Assembly (NCBI RefSeq): GCF_963921235.1
Contig: NC_086097.1
Location: forward strand, 105,464,001-105,528,000
Origin: Mobula hypostoma
Lineage: Eukaryota
DNA length: 64,000 nt
Reading direction: 5' to 3'
Shown: positions 1-13,269 of the stretch, piece after piece
Numbering within the stretch: position 1 is the stretch's first letter
Layout of the letters: every line of letters starts with the position of its first letter
Program-made: the position numbers and the translations under genes
Notes under the pieces: model-generated
Databases searched by the model: none
The model's input: the letters and a program-made list of their open reading frames with translations, nothing else
What the model was told of the DNA's origin: nothing

Positions 1-1817
1 CATGGTTTGAACAGTTTCCCATTCTATACTCACCATAGTGTGAACAGTTTCCCATTCTGCAATCTCGATAGAGTGAACAGTTTCTCATTATATGTACACT
101 ATAGTTTGTTGAGTTTCCGATTTTGTAATCACCATAGGGTGAACAGTTTCCCATTCTGTTATCACTATAATTTGTATAGTTTCCGATTTTGTAATCACCA
201 TAGGGTGAACAGTTTCCCATTCTATTATCACCAAAGGTTGTTTAGTTTCCCATTCGGTAATCACCATAGAGTGTACAGTTTCCCATTCTGTAATCACTAT
301 AGGTTGTATAGTTTCCCATTCTGTAATCACCGTGGAGTGAACAGTTTCCAATTCTGTATTCACCATAAAGTGAGCAGTTTCCCATTCTGTATTCGCCATA
401 GATCGAACAGTTTCCCATTCTGTAATCACGGTCGGGTGAACAGTTTCCCATTCTGTAATCACCGTAAAGTGAACCGATAGCAATTCTGTAATCAACATAG
501 TGTGAACAGTTTTCCCATTGTGTAATCACCATAGTGTGAGCAGTTTCCCATTCTACAATCATCATCGAGTGAACACTCTCCCATTCTGTAATCAATATAG
601 ATTATATAGTATCCCATTCTGTAATCACCATAGGTTGTATAGTTTCCCAATTGTGTAATCAACAGAAACTGTATATTTTCCAATTCTGTAATCACCACAG
701 GGTGAGCAGATTCCCATTCTGTAATCACCAAAGGGCGTAATGTTTCCCATTCTGTAATCAATACAGGGCGAGGAGTTTTCCATTCTGTAATGACCATTAT
801 GTGAACAGTTTACCATTCTGTAATCACCATAGAGTGAACAGTTTCCCATTATATGATCACCATAGAGTACACAGTTTCCCATTGTGTAATCACTATAGAG
901 TGAACAGTTTCCCATTCTGTGAATAGCATAGTGTTTTCTGTGTCCCATTCTGTTATCACCATAGTGTGTACAGTTTCCCATTCTGTGATCACCAACGTGT
1001 GTACAGTTTACCATTCTGTAATTACCGGAGATTGAACAGCTTCCCATTATATAATCAGCATAGAGGGAACAGTTTGCCATTCGGTAATCACCATCGAATG
1101 AACAGGTTGCCATTCTGTAAACACCATAGGATCAAAAGTTTCCCATTCTGTAAACAACATAGGGTGAAGAGTTTCCCATTCTGTAATCAGCGAGCATGAA
1201 CAATTTCCAATTCTGTAATCATGGTAGGGTGAACAGTTTCCCATTCTGTAATCACCGTAGGGTTTGCAGTTTCCAATTCTGAAATCACTGTCGGCTTAAC
1301 AGTTTCCCATTCTCTATTCGCCGTAGGGTAAACAGTTTCCCAGTCTGTAATCACCGAAGAGTGAACAGTTTCCCATTTTGTAATCACCATAGAGTGAACC
1401 CAGAGCAATTCTGTAATCAGCATAGTGTGAACAGTTTCCCATTGTGTAATCAACATAGAATGAACAGTTTCCCATTCTACAATCATCATCGAGTGAACAC
1501 CTTCCCATTCTGCAATCAACATAGGTTGTACAGTTTCCCAATCTGTAATCACCAGGTGGATATTTTCCCATTCTGTAATCACCATAGGGTTCATAGTTTC
1601 TCATTCCGTAATCACCATAGTTTGAACAGTTTACCATTCCATAATCACTATAGTTTGTATAGTTTCCGATTTTGTAATCACCAAAGGGTGAACAGTTTCC
1701 CATTCTGAAATCACCATAGGTTGTATAGTTTCCCATTCGATTCTTACCATCGGGTGTACAGTTTCCCATTCTGTAATCACCATAGGGTGAACAGTTTCCA
1801 ATTCTGTATTCACCATA
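1..1817. repeat. 33-bp tandem satellite block
   Basis: Diverged tandem monomers of GTTTCCCATTCTGTAATCACCATAGAGTGAACA; gives 11-aa periodic pseudo-ORFs (VNSFPFCNHHR / MVITEWETVHS / MGNCSLYGDYR). Confidence 0.97.
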
Positions 1818-2550
1818 GAGCGATCCCTGCGGAAAGTGGGGGGGGGGGGGAGAGGGAAAGATGTGCTTAGTGGTGTGATCCCGTTGGAGGTGGCGGAAGT
1901 TACGGAGAATAAAGGTGTAGCTATGGGCACACGTATGAGTCCTAGCTCTGCCTGCCTTTTTGTTGGCTTTGTGGAACGATCTATGTTCCGTACCTATTCT
2001 GGTATCTGTCCCCCACTTTTCCTTCACTACATCGACGACTGCATTGGCGCTGCTTCCTGCACGCATGCAGAGCTCGTTGACTTTATTAACTTTGCCTCCA
2101 ACTTTCACCCTGCCCTTCATGACACCCTTGTCCATTCGTTCCCCCCCCCCCATCCCTCCCCACTGATCTCCCTCCTGGCACTTATCCTTGTAAGCAGAAC
2201 AAGTGCTACACATGCCCTTACACTTCCTCCCTTACCACCATTCAGGTCCTCAGACAGTCCTTCCAGGTGAGGCGACACTTCACCTGTGAGTCGCCTGGGG
2301 TGATATACTGCGTCTGGTGCTCCCGATGTGGCCTTCTATATATTGGCGAGACCCGACGCAGACTGGGAGACTGCTTTGCTGAACACCTACGCTCTGTCCG
2401 CCAGAGAAAGCAGGATCTCCCAGTGGCCACACATTTTAATTCCACATCCCATTCCCATTCTGACATGTCTATCCACGGCCTCCTCTACTGTAAAATGAAG
2501 CCACTCTCAGGTTGGAGGAACAGCACCTTATATTCCGTCTGGGTAGCCTC
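1818..2550 (+). mobile_element. Rearranged Penelope-like element fragment (RT and GIY-YIG pieces; 1818-1911 inverted)
   Basis: KGVAMG and LHYIDD RT motifs; VIYCVWC..LLYIGET GIY-YIG motif (ORF 2267..2569); segments match the longer copy at 57587-59873. Confidence 0.92.
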
Positions 2551-2759
2551 TGTAATCGCCATCGAGTGAACACCTTCCCATTCTGCAATCAAAATAGGTT
2601 GTACAGTTTCCCAATCTGTAATCACCAGAAGCTGTATATTTCCCCATTCTGTAATCAGAATAGTGTGAACAGTTTCCAATTCTGTAATCACCAAAGGGCT
2701 TATTAATTCCCATTCTGTAATCACTATAGGGTTAGGAGTTTCCCATTCTGTCATGACCA
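2551..2759. repeat. 33-bp satellite block
   Basis: About 6 monomers. Confidence 0.95.
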
Positions 2760-3007
2760 GTGTCAGCAACACACATCAAAGTTGCTGGTGAACGCAGCAG
2801 GCCAGACAGCATCTCTAGGAAGAGGTACAGTCGACGTTTCAGGCCGAGACCCTTCGTCAGGACTCATGCTGACTTTGTCAGCATCTGCAGTGTTGCTTGA
2901 ATTTCCAGCATCTGCTGTGTTGCTTGAATTTCCAGCATCTGCACGTTCACCAGCAACTTTGATGTGTGTTGCTTGAATTTCCAGCATCTGCATCCTGTTG
3001 TTTGCGT
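2760..3007. mobile_element. Miniature fold-back insertion made only of Penelope terminal sequence
   Basis: 2765-2864 is the reverse complement of the Penelope 3' end (59742-59841). 2944-3000 is the same terminus in forward orientation. Flanked by the duplication ATGACCA (2753-2759 / 3008-3014). Confidence 0.88.
2829..2864 (-). ncRNA. Minimal type I hammerhead ribozyme (Penelope-type)
   Basis: Minus strand reads AGTC-CTGACGA-AGG-gtctcgg-CCT-GAAA-CG-TC-GACT: stem I AGTC/GACT, CUGANGA and GAAA core boxes, stem II AGG/CCT, palindromic ACGT stem III, GUC cleavage triplet. Confidence 0.85.
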
Positions 3008-5080
3008 ATGACCATAGTGTGAACAGTTTCCCATTCTGCAATCAACATAGGCTGTATAGTTTCCCATTCTGTAATCACAACAGGTTGTATAGTTTCCCAA
3101 TCTGTAATCACCAGAAGGTGGATATTTTCCCATTCTCTAATCACCAGAGACTGAACAGTTTCCCATTATATAATCAGCATAGAGGGAACAGTTTGCCATT
3201 CGGTAATCACCATAGAGTGAGCACGTTTCCATTCTGTAATCACCATCGAATGAACAGGTTGCCATTCTGTGAACACCATAGGATGAAAAGTTTCCCATTC
3301 TGTAAACACCATAGTGTGAAAAGTTTCCCATTCTGTAATCACCGTAGGGTTTGCAGTTTCTCAGTCTCTAATCACCGTAGGGTGAACAGTTTCCCATTCT
3401 GTAATCAGGATAGTGTGAACAGTTTCCCATCGTGTAATCATCATCTAGCAAACACTTTCCCATTTGCAATCAACTTAGATTGTATAGTTTCCCATTCCAT
3501 AATCACAAAAATGTATACAGTTTCCCATTCTGTAATCAACGTGGAGTGAACAGTTTCCAATTCTGTATTCATCATAGGGTGAACAGTATCCTATTCTGTA
3601 ATCACTGTTGGGTGAACAGTTTTGCATTCTCTAATCACCGTAGAGTGAACAATTTCCCATTCTGTAATCGCCATAGGGTGAACTGTTTCCCAGGCTGTAA
3701 TCACTGTAGTGTGAACAGTTTCCCATTCTGTAATCGCCATAGGGTGAACTGTTTCCCAGGCTGTAATCACTGTAGTGTGAACAGTTTCCCATTCTGTAAT
3801 CGCCATAGGGTGAACTGTTTCCCATTCTGTAATCACTGTACGTAAGCAGTTTCCCATTCTGTAATCACCACAGTGTTAACTATTTCCCATTCTGTAATCA
3901 CCGTAAAGTGAACAGTTTCCCATTCTGTAATCGCCATAGTGTGAACAGTTTCCCATTCTGTAATCGCCATAGGGTGAACTGTTTCCCATTCTGTAATCGC
4001 CATAGGGTGAACTGTTTCCCAGGCTGTAATCACTGTAGTGTGAACAGTTTCCCATTCTGTGATCACCGTAAAGTGAACAGTTTCCCATTCTGTAATCGCC
4101 ATAGGGTGAACTGTTTCCCAGGCTGTAATCACTGTAGTGTGAACAGTTTCCCATTCTGTAATCACCGTAAAGTGAACAGTTTCCCATTCTGTAATCGCCA
4201 TAGGGTGAACTGTTTCCCATTCTGTAATCGCCATAGGGTGAACTGTTTCCCAGGCTGTAATCACTGTAGTGTGAACAGTTTCCCATTCTGTGATCACCGT
4301 AAAGTGAACAGTTTCCCATTCTGTGATCACCGTAAAGTGAACAGTTTCCCATTCTGTAATCGCCATAGGGTGAACTGTTTCCCAGGCTGTAATCACTGTA
4401 GTGTGAACAGTTTCCCATTCTGTAATCGCCATAGGGTGAACTGTTTCCCATTCTGTAATCACTGTACGTAAGCAGTTTCCCATTCTGTAATCACCACAGT
4501 GTTAACTATTTCCCATTCTGTAATCACCGTAAAGTGAACAGTTTCCCATTCTGTAATCGCCATAGTGTGAACAGTTTCCCATTCTGTAATCGCCATAGGG
4601 TGAACTGTTTCCCATTCTGTAATCGCCGTAAAGTGAACAATTTCCCATTCTGTAATCGCCATAGGGTGAACTGTTTCCCAGGCTGTAATCACTGTAGTGT
4701 GAACAGTTTCCCATTCTGTGATCACCGTAAAGTGAACAGTTTCCCATTCTGTAATCACCGTAAAGTGAACAGTTTCCCATTCTGTAATCGCCATAGGGTG
4801 AACTGTTTCCCAGGCTGTAATCACTGTAGTGTGAACAGTTTCCCATTCTGTGATCACCACAGAGTGAGCAATTTTCCATTCTGTATTAAGAGAGCGAGCA
4901 GTATCCCATTCTGTAATCACATTGTTGTGTACAGTTTCCCATTTTGTAATCACCGCAGATTGAACAGTTTCATATTCTCTAATCACCGGAGAGTGTACAG
5001 TTTCCCAATCTGTAATAAGCATAGTGTGAACAGTTTCCCATTTGTTATCATCATCGAGTGAACACTTTCCCATTCTGCAA
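3008..5080. repeat. 33-bp satellite block with a highly homogeneous patch (~3650-4860)
   Basis: Tandem monomers; a few exact monomer variants (e.g. ...TTTCCCAGGCTGTAATCACTGTAGTGTG) recur many times. Confidence 0.97.
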
Positions 5081-6210
5081 TCAGAATCAGACTCAGAATC
5101 CTTTATTATCACCATGTATGTGGACACAGTCAGGGAATTTGATGCCGGTTTCCCCGAGCTCTCGCTGTACAGAATCTAAAAGCAAACAAAACAATAGTGC
5201 AAATATGTACAGGTGGATTTGGTTCATAATAGACTAAAATTGAAGTGTTCATAAGACTGATGGCATACGGAAAGAAACTGTTCTTGTACCTATTTGTCCT
5301 GGCATACAGTGATCTGAAGCGCCTACCAGAAGGAAGGAGTTGGAACAGGTGATGTCCAGGGTGTGATGGGTCTACAATGATGCTGCTTGCTCGCTTCCTG
5401 ACTCTAGATGCATCGAGGGCAGCTTCACACCAATAATCCTTTCCGCAGCCCTGACGGTTCTTTGGAGTCTATTCTTGTCTTGTTTGGTAGCTGATCCAAA
5501 CCAGACAGTGATGGACGAACAGAGAGCAGACTGGATTATTCCTGAGTAGAATTGAATCAGCAGCTCCTGAGGCAGGTTGTACTTCCTGAGTTGACGTAGG
5601 AAATACAACCTCTGCTGAGCCTTTTTGATAAGAGTGTCCGCGTTGGGTGTCCACTTCAGGTCCTGGGAGATCGTGACACCCAGAAACCTGAAGGTCTCCA
5701 CAGCAGACACAATACTGTTGAGTATAGTGAGTGGGGGGAGTATTGAGGGGGCTCCTACTGAAGTCCACTGTCATCTCCACAGTCTTGAGCGTATTTAGCT
5801 CCAGATTGTTCTGACCACACCAGAGGGCCAGCCATTCCACCACCTGTCTGTATACAGACTCATCACAGTCTCGGATAAGGCGAATGACAGTTGTGTCGTC
5901 TGCAAACTTCAGAAGTTTAACAGATGGATCCTGTGAGGTGCAGTCATTAGTGTAAAGGGAGAAGATGTGGCGGTCCACTTTCTAGCACACACGAAAAGGG
6001 CGTCAGGCTGTCTTCACCAGCAGGGGGAAGATCCCGCGCGCGGGAAGGGTCTGCGAATATACATTCCACACAGCAGTCCCGCCCAGGGAGGGTGGGAATG
6101 GAAAGGCTTTAAAGGAGGCCACGAAGTTTGAATAAATCTCCTTTATCGCAACTCCAACTCACCGACTACATGTTGTTATTCTAGCGCTGTGTGTAGCGCA
6201 TCACCACAAT

Positions 6211-6224
6211 TGGTGACCCCGACG
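6211..6224 (+). promoter_or_regulatory. Primer binding site, tRNA-Trp
   Basis: TGGTGACCCCGACG, 2 nt after the LTR end; complementary to the 3' end of vertebrate tRNA-Trp. Confidence 0.9.
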
Positions 6225-6248
6225 GCCCAAACGATATTTGGACCAGAG

Positions 6249-6953
6249 ATGACCGACGCTGCATCTGTTCATGCAGTTTCATTAAAACTGCCAAGCTTCT
6301 GGACGCTGCGACCCCAATTATGGTTCGAACAAGCAGAAGCACAATTCCACATTCGGTAGATAACCGTGGATTCCACTGGTTACTACTACGTGCTGAGCTC
6401 CCTCGACCAGGAGACTGCTGCACAAGTTGAAGAGTTTATACAGTCGCCCCCGGAGGACGGCAAATACACAGCATTCAAAGCCCTGCTCATAAGGACTTTT
6501 GGACTCTCATGGCGTGAACAAGCTGCCCGCTTACTGCACCTGGATGGTTTGGGAGACAGGCCGCCGTCAGCATTAATGAACGAGATGCTGGCCCTGGCTG
6601 AAGGACACAAACCCTGCCTCATGTTTGAGCAGGCGTTCCTAGAGCAACTGCCCGAGGACATATGACTGCTGCTGTCCGACGCAGATTTCAGCAACCCCCG
6701 GAAGGTGGCGGCCCAGGCAGATGTGCTGTGGAAGGCCAGGAAAGAGAGAGGGGCATCCGTCGCACAGATCACCAAGCCGTGTGCCCAACGACAGACCAGA
6801 CCGGGCCCGGCAGCAGAGCCTACAAAACCCGGCGACGGGAGTGAGGAGCCCAACGAACAATGGTGTTTCTACCACCAGCAGTGGGGCACAGAGGCCCGCC
6901 GCTGCAGACCGCCCTGCAAATTCCCGGGAAATGCCAGAGCCAGCCGCCGCTGA
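6249..6953 (+). pseudogene. gag: Gypsy gag, two in-frame stops (6357-6359, 6663-6665)
   Basis: Colinear with the intact gag at 51495-52199; C-x2-H-x9-C-x3-C motif CFYHQQWGTEARRCRPPC. Confidence 0.92.
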
Positions 6954-9900
6954 TGGCTACGGCGACTGGCCATCAGGACAGCCTCCTGTACGTCTGGGAC
7001 AAGCAGTCGGGACGCCGCTTTTTGGTCGACACCGGAGCGGAGATCAGCGTCTTACCTCCAACGAGTTACGACACCCACAACAGAGAACCCGGACCCACCC
7101 TGAGGGCCGCAAATGGCAGCACAATACGAACCTACAGCACCCACATGGTGCGGCTACAGTTCAGCTCCAGCCGGTTCACGTGGGACTTCACACTGGCCGC
7201 CGTGGCCCAACCACTGCTGGGGGCAGATTTTCTATGAGCCCACAGCCTGCTGGTCGACTTGCAAGGGAAGCGATTAGTCCACGCCAAGACTTTTCAAACG
7301 TTCTCCCTGGGTGAAGCACAGTTGCCAGCCCCACACCTGGACTCCATCACGCTGTCCGACGATGAATTCACCAGGGTCCTGGTGGATTTCCCATCAGTAC
7401 TGACACCGCAGTTCACGGCAGCCATGCCCAGTCACGGAGTACAGCACCACATCCCGACCCAGGGACCACCCCTCCACGCCCGTGCTCGAAGGCTCCCCCT
7501 GGACAAGCTCCGACTGGCGAAGGAGGAGTTCAAGAAGATGGAGGAATTGGGGATCATACGACGGTCCGACAGCCCATGGGCCTCCCCACTTCACATGGTG
7601 CCCAAGGCAACGGGGGGGGCTGGAGACCATGCGGTGACTACCGCAGACTGAATGAGGCTACAACGCCAGACCGCTACCCTGTGCCGCACATTCAAGACTT
7701 CGCAGCAAACCTACACGGCGCAAGGATCTTTTCCAAGGTAGACCTCGTCCGGGGATACCATCAAATCCCTGTACATCCGGACGACATCCCCAAAACAGCA
7801 CTTATCACCCCGTTCGGACTTTTCGAATTCCTCCGAATGCCGTTCGGCTAAAGAATGCCGCACAGATGTTCCAGCGGTTAATGGATGCGGTGGGACGTGA
7901 CCTGGACTTTGCATTCATCTATTTGGACGACATCCTCATAGCCAGCAGTAGTCGGCAGGAGCATCTGTCCCACCTCCGCCAGCTCTACTCCCGCCTGAGC
8001 GAATTCGGCCTTACAATCAACCCGGCCAAATACCAGTTCGGACTCGACACCATCGACTTCCTGGGCCACAGGATTACTAAAGGCGGGGCAACCCCGCTGC
8101 CCGCCAAGGTAGACGCGGTCCGCCACTTCCCCCGACCCAACACAATCAAAGGCTTGCAGGAATTCGTGGGTATGGTGAATTTCTACCACCGTTTCCTCCC
8201 CTCAGCAGCCCGAACCATGCGCCCCTTGTTCACTCTAATGTCGGGTAAGGGCAAGGACATTACCTGGAACGAAGAGGCCGCAACCGCTTTCGTTAAAACC
8301 AAAGAAGCCTTGGCAAACGCCGCGATGCTAGTGCACCCCAGAACGGACGTTCCTACTGCCCTCACGGTGGACATATCCAACACAGCAGTCGGTGGAGTGC
8401 TGGAACAACTCATCGAGGGTCGCTGGCAACCCCTGGCGTTCTTCAGCAAACACCTACGACCACCCGAACTCAAATACAGTGCTTTCGACCGGGAGCTATT
8501 GGCACTATACCTGGCACTCTGGCATTTCAGGTACTTCTTAGAAGGTAGGCCCATCATCGCGTTTACAGACCACAAACTGCTTACCTTTGCGTTCACTAAT
8601 GTGTCCGACCCCTGGTCGTCCCGCCAGCAGCGACATCTGTCCTACATCTCCGAGTACACGACGGACATCCGGCATGTCTCTGGAAAGAACAATGTCGTGG
8701 CAGACGCACTTTCCAGACCCACCATACAGGCCCTGTCCCAGGGGGTGGACTATGCAGCGCTGGCAGAGGCACAGCAGGCAGACGCTGAGATCCCCAGTTA
8801 CAGGACTGCAGTCTCCGGTTTACAGCTCCAAGACCTCCCCGTAGGCCCAGGTGAGAGGACCCTACTATGTGACGTAGCTACTGGCCAACCCCGCCCTGTC
8901 GTCCCAGCAGCCTGGCGCCGGCGGGTGTTCGAATCCATTCACAACTTAGTGCACCCCTCCATCAGGACAACTGTCCGGCTGGTCTCCAACAGGTTCGTGT
9001 GGCATGGACTTCGTAAACAGGTCAGTGAATGGGCCAAAACGTGTATGCAGTGCCAAACGGCCAAGGTGCAGCGGCACACCAAGGCTCCACCGCAGCGGTT
9101 CGAACCCACCCGCCGGAGGTTCGACCACATCCATGTGGATATCGTGGGGCCCCTGCCAGTGTCACGAGGAGCGCGGTACCTCCTAACTATGATAGACCGG
9201 TTCACCAGATGGCCAGAGGCAGTCCCGCTCACCGACACCACCGCCGATTCCTGCGCCCGAGCATTGATCGCAACCTGGGTAGCACGCTTTGGGGTACCAG
9301 CCCACATTACCTCCGACAGGGGCGCCCAGTTCACCTCCAGCCCATGGTTAGCTGTGGCCAGCCTATAGGGAACACAGCTACGCCACACAACTGCCTACCA
9401 CCCACAGTCGAACGGACTAGTGGAGCGCTTCCACCATCACCCGAAATCGGCTCTCATGGCCGGCCTGGAGGGGCCTAACTGGGTGGATGAGCTTCCCTGG
9501 GTCCTGCTCGGAATCCGCACGGCGCCCAAGGAAGATCTGTACACCTCGTCGGCCGAGTTGGTGTATGGCGCACCCCTGGTCGTCCCAGGAGAGTTCATAC
9601 CAGCCCCAAGGGGGCAGGAGGAAGAACCCACAGCAGTCCTGGACAGACTACGGGAGAGGCTCAGTAACCTGGCCCCCATACCCACTTCACAGCACGGACA
9701 GAGCCCAACCTGCGTACCCAAAGACCTGCAGAACTGTAAGTTTGTCTTTGTACGAAGGGGTGCACACCGGGCACCGCTACAGCGGCCCTACGAGGGGCCG
9801 TTTAAGGTGATCAGCAACAACGGGTCCACGTTCGTGCTGGACATTGGGGGGTAAGAGGAGGTTTTCACGGTGGACCGACTCAAACCGGCCCATGTGGACT

Positions 9901-9980
9901 TGGCGCAGCTGGTCCGGGCTCAGGCACCGCGGCACAGAGGCCGATCCAGACTGTGGACATTGGGGGGTGTATCACTGGTT
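6926..9980 (+). pseudogene. pol: Gypsy pol (protease, RT, RNase H, integrase), disrupted
   Basis: [46 protein letters not shown]. Stops at 7235 and 9852; frameshifts near 7612, 7848 and 9365. Confidence 0.95.
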
Positions 9981-11036
9981 CTGGGGGGGGGGGGGGTTAC
10001 GTGTCGCACTCGAACCGGCTCACAAAAACGGCCCGCCGGCAGAGAGGCCGGCCCCAAAAAGGGCACCAAGCTGTCTTCACCAGCAGGGGGAAAATCCCGC
10101 GCACGGGAAGGGTCTGCGAATATGCATTCCCCACAGCAGTCCCGCCCGGGGAGGGCAGGGAACAGGAAGGCTTTAAAGGAGGCCATGAAGTTTGAATAAA
10201 TTTCTTTTATCGCAACTCCAACTCACCGACTACATGTACATGTCGTTATTCTAGCGCTGTGTGTAGCACACCGCCACAAAGAGCAGTGGGGACAGTACAC
10301 ATCCCTGGGGGGCACCGGTACTGATTGTCCAGGTGCTAGAAATGATGCTCCCCAGCCTCACTTGCTGCACCCTGTCAGTCAGGAAGCTTGTGATCCACTG
10401 ACAGATGGCAGGGGAGACAGTGAGATGGGTGAGTTTGGAGTGGAGGGTGATGGTGTTGAACGCCGAGCTGAAGTCAACAAAAAGGACCCTCGTAGAAGTT
10501 CCTGGGTTGTCGAGGTGTTGTAGTATTTAATGCAGTCCCATGTTGACTGCATCATCCACCGACCTATTGCCCGATAAGCAAACTGCAGGGGGTCCAGCAG
10601 GGGGCCTGTGAAGTCCTTCAGGTGAGCCAACACTAGTCTCTCAAAGGACTTCATGACCACAGATGTCAAGGCAACAGGCCTGTATTCATTTAGTCCCTTG
10701 ATAGTGGGTTTTTTTCAGGGACTGGAATGATAATGGAGCGCTTGAAGCAATGAGGGACTTCACACAGCTCCAGTGATCTATTGAAGATCGTGTGTAGATG
10801 GGGACCAGCTGATCAGCGCAGGTCTTCAGGCAGGAGGGCGACATGCTGTCTGGGCCTGGTGCTTTCATGGTCTTCTGCCTCCGGAACAACTGAATCACCT
10901 CCCTCTCACAGATCCTGAGTGCAGGTCACAAGAGGGTTGAAGTGAAGGTGGGTAGGGGGAGCAGTTTTTGTAATCTGGGGTGAGAAAGCGGATACTGAGA
11001 AGTTGGGGTGATGGATGATGTACACCCAACAGAGGA

Positions 11037-11228
11037 TGTATAGTTTCCCATTCCGTAATCAGCAATGTGTGAACAGTTTCCCCATTGTGTAATCACCATA
11101 GTGTGAACAGTTTCCCATTCTGCTATCATCATCGAGTGAACACTTTCCCATTCTGTAATCAACATAGGTTGTGTAGTTTCCCAATCTGTAGTCACCAGAA
11201 GGTGTATATTTTCCCATTGTGTAATCAT
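11037..11228. repeat. 33-bp satellite block
   Basis: About 6 monomers. Confidence 0.93.
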
Positions 11229-13207
11229 AGTCATACTTTATTGATCCCAGGGGAAATTGGTTTTCGTTACGGTTGCACCATAAATAATAAATAGTAATAG
11301 AACCATAAATAGTTAAATAGTAATATGTAATTTATGCCAGTAAATTATGAGATAAATCCAGGACCAGCCTATTGGCTCAGGGTGTCTGACCCTCCAAGGG
11401 AGGAGTTGTAAAGTTTGGTGGCCACAGGCAGGAATGACTTCCTATGACGCTCTGTGCTGCATCTCGGTGGAATGAGTCTCTGGCTGAATGTACTCCTGTA
11501 CCCAACCAGTACATTATGTAGTGGATGGGAGACATTGTCCAAGATGGCATGCAACTTAGACAGCATCCTCTTTTCAAACACCACCGTGAGAGAATCCAGT
11601 TCCATCCCCACAACATCACTGGCCTTACGAATGAGTTTGTTGATTCTGTTGGTGTCTGCTACCCTCAGCCTGCTGCCCCAGCACACAACAGCAAACATGA
11701 TAGCACTGGCCACCACAGACTCGTAGAACATCCTCAGCATCATCTGGCAGATGTTAAAAGGTCCTCAGTCTCCTCAGTAAATAGAGAAGGCTCTGACCCT
11801 TCTTGTAGACAGCCTCAGTGTTCTTTGACCAGTCCAGTTTATTGTCAATTCATATCCCCAGGTATTTGTAATCCTCCACCATGTCCACACTGACCCCCTG
11901 GATGGAAACAGTGGTCACCGGTACCTTAGCTCTCCTCAGGTCTACCACCAGCTCCTTAGTCTTTTTCACATTAAGCTGCAGATAATTCTGCTCACACCAT
12001 GTGACAAAGTTTCCTACCATAGCCCTATACTCAGCCTCATCTCCCTTGCTGATGCATCCAACTATGGCAGAGTCATCAGAAAACTTCTGAAGATGACAAG
12101 ACTCTGTGCAGTAATTGAAGTCCGAGGTGTAAATGGTGAAGAGAAAGGGAGACAAGACAGTCCCCTGTGGAGCCCCAGTGCTGCTGATCACTCTGTCGGA
12201 CACACAGTGTTGCAAGCACACGTACTGTGGTCTGCCAGTCAGGTAATCAAGAATCCATGACACCAGGAAAGCATCCACCTGCATCGCTGTCAGCTTCTCC
12301 CCCAGCAGAGCAGGGTGGATGGTGTTGAACGCACTGGAGAAGTCAAAAAACATGACCCTCACAGTGCTCGCTGGCTTGTCCAGGTGGGCGTAGACACGGT
12401 TCAGCAGGAAGGCGATGGCATCCTCAACTCCTAGACGGGGCTGGTAGGTGAACTGGAGGGGATCTAAGTGTGGCCTGACCATAGGACGGAGCAGCTCCAG
12501 AACAAGTCTCTCCAGGGTCTTCATGATGTGGGAGGTCAATGCCACCGGTCTGTAGTCATTGAGGCCGCTGGGGCGCGGCGTCTTCGGCACAGGGACGAGG
12601 CAGGATGTCTTCCACAGCACAGGAACCCTCCGGAGCCTCAGGGTCAGGTTGAATACATGGCGAAGTACTCCACATAGCTGAGGGGCACAGGTTTTGAGCA
12701 CCCTGGTATGCCACCATCCGGTCCTGCAGCCTTGCTTGGGTTGAGATGTTTCAGCTGTCTTCTCACCTGTTCAGCTGTGAAGCCCACTGTGGTGGTTTCG
12801 TGTGGGGAAGGGGTATAGTCATGAGAGCAGGGTGGGGGACTGTGAGGAGGGGTAGGAGGGGAGAGTGGAATATGTGTTGGTTGGGGGCTGACAACAGATG
12901 GCTCATGTGGGTGATGGGCAGGGGCCACAATGTCAAATCTGTTAAAGAACAGGTTAGATTCGTTGGCCCTGTCCACACTGCCTTCAGCTCCTCTGTTGCT
13001 AGTTTGCCAGAACCCAGTGATGGTCCTCATCCCCCTCCAGACCTCTCTCATGTTGTTCTGCTGGAGTTTCCACTCAAGCTTCCTCCTGTACCTGTCTTTA
13101 GCCTCCCTGATCCTGGCTTTCAGGTCCCTCTGTATTGCCCTCAGCTCCTCCCTATTTCCATCGCTAAATGCCCTCTTTTTAGCGTTCAGGATGTCCTTAA
13201 TGTCCTT
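11229..13207 (-). mobile_element. 5'-truncated Rex1/Babar-type LINE (family B)
   Basis: ORFs 12644..13249, 11850..12701 ([36 protein letters not shown]) and 11369..11743; AATAAA plus (TATGAC)n tail; TAATCA at both junctions. Confidence 0.93.
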
Positions 13208-13269
13208 AATCACCATAGTGTGAACAGTTTCCCATTCTGCTATCATCATTGAATGAACATTTTCCCATT

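Larger units (their letters stand above)
5966..10278 (+). mobile_element. Ty3/Gypsy LTR retrotransposon, CsRn1-like clade, copy 1 (degenerate)
   Basis: LTRs 5966-6208 and ~10000-10278; 4-bp TSD AAGA (5962-5965 / 10279-10282); tRNA-Trp PBS; G-run PPT at ~9983-9996; order gag-PR-RT-RH-IN; CHCC gag motif. Confidence 0.96.
5081..11036 (-). mobile_element. 5'-truncated Rex1/Babar-type LINE (family A), split by a Gypsy insertion at 5966-10278
   Basis: RT motifs [45 protein letters not shown]; 3' AATAAA plus (TTCTGA)n tail. Removing the Gypsy and one TSD restores PQGCVLSPLLFSLYTND. Confidence 0.9.

Noticed and set aside
1..5080. CRISPR-like look (conserved ~27 nt with short inverted ends plus a variable part)
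   Set aside because: The variable part is only ~6 nt and related between units; there are no unique spacers or cas genes; the context is vertebrate retroelements.
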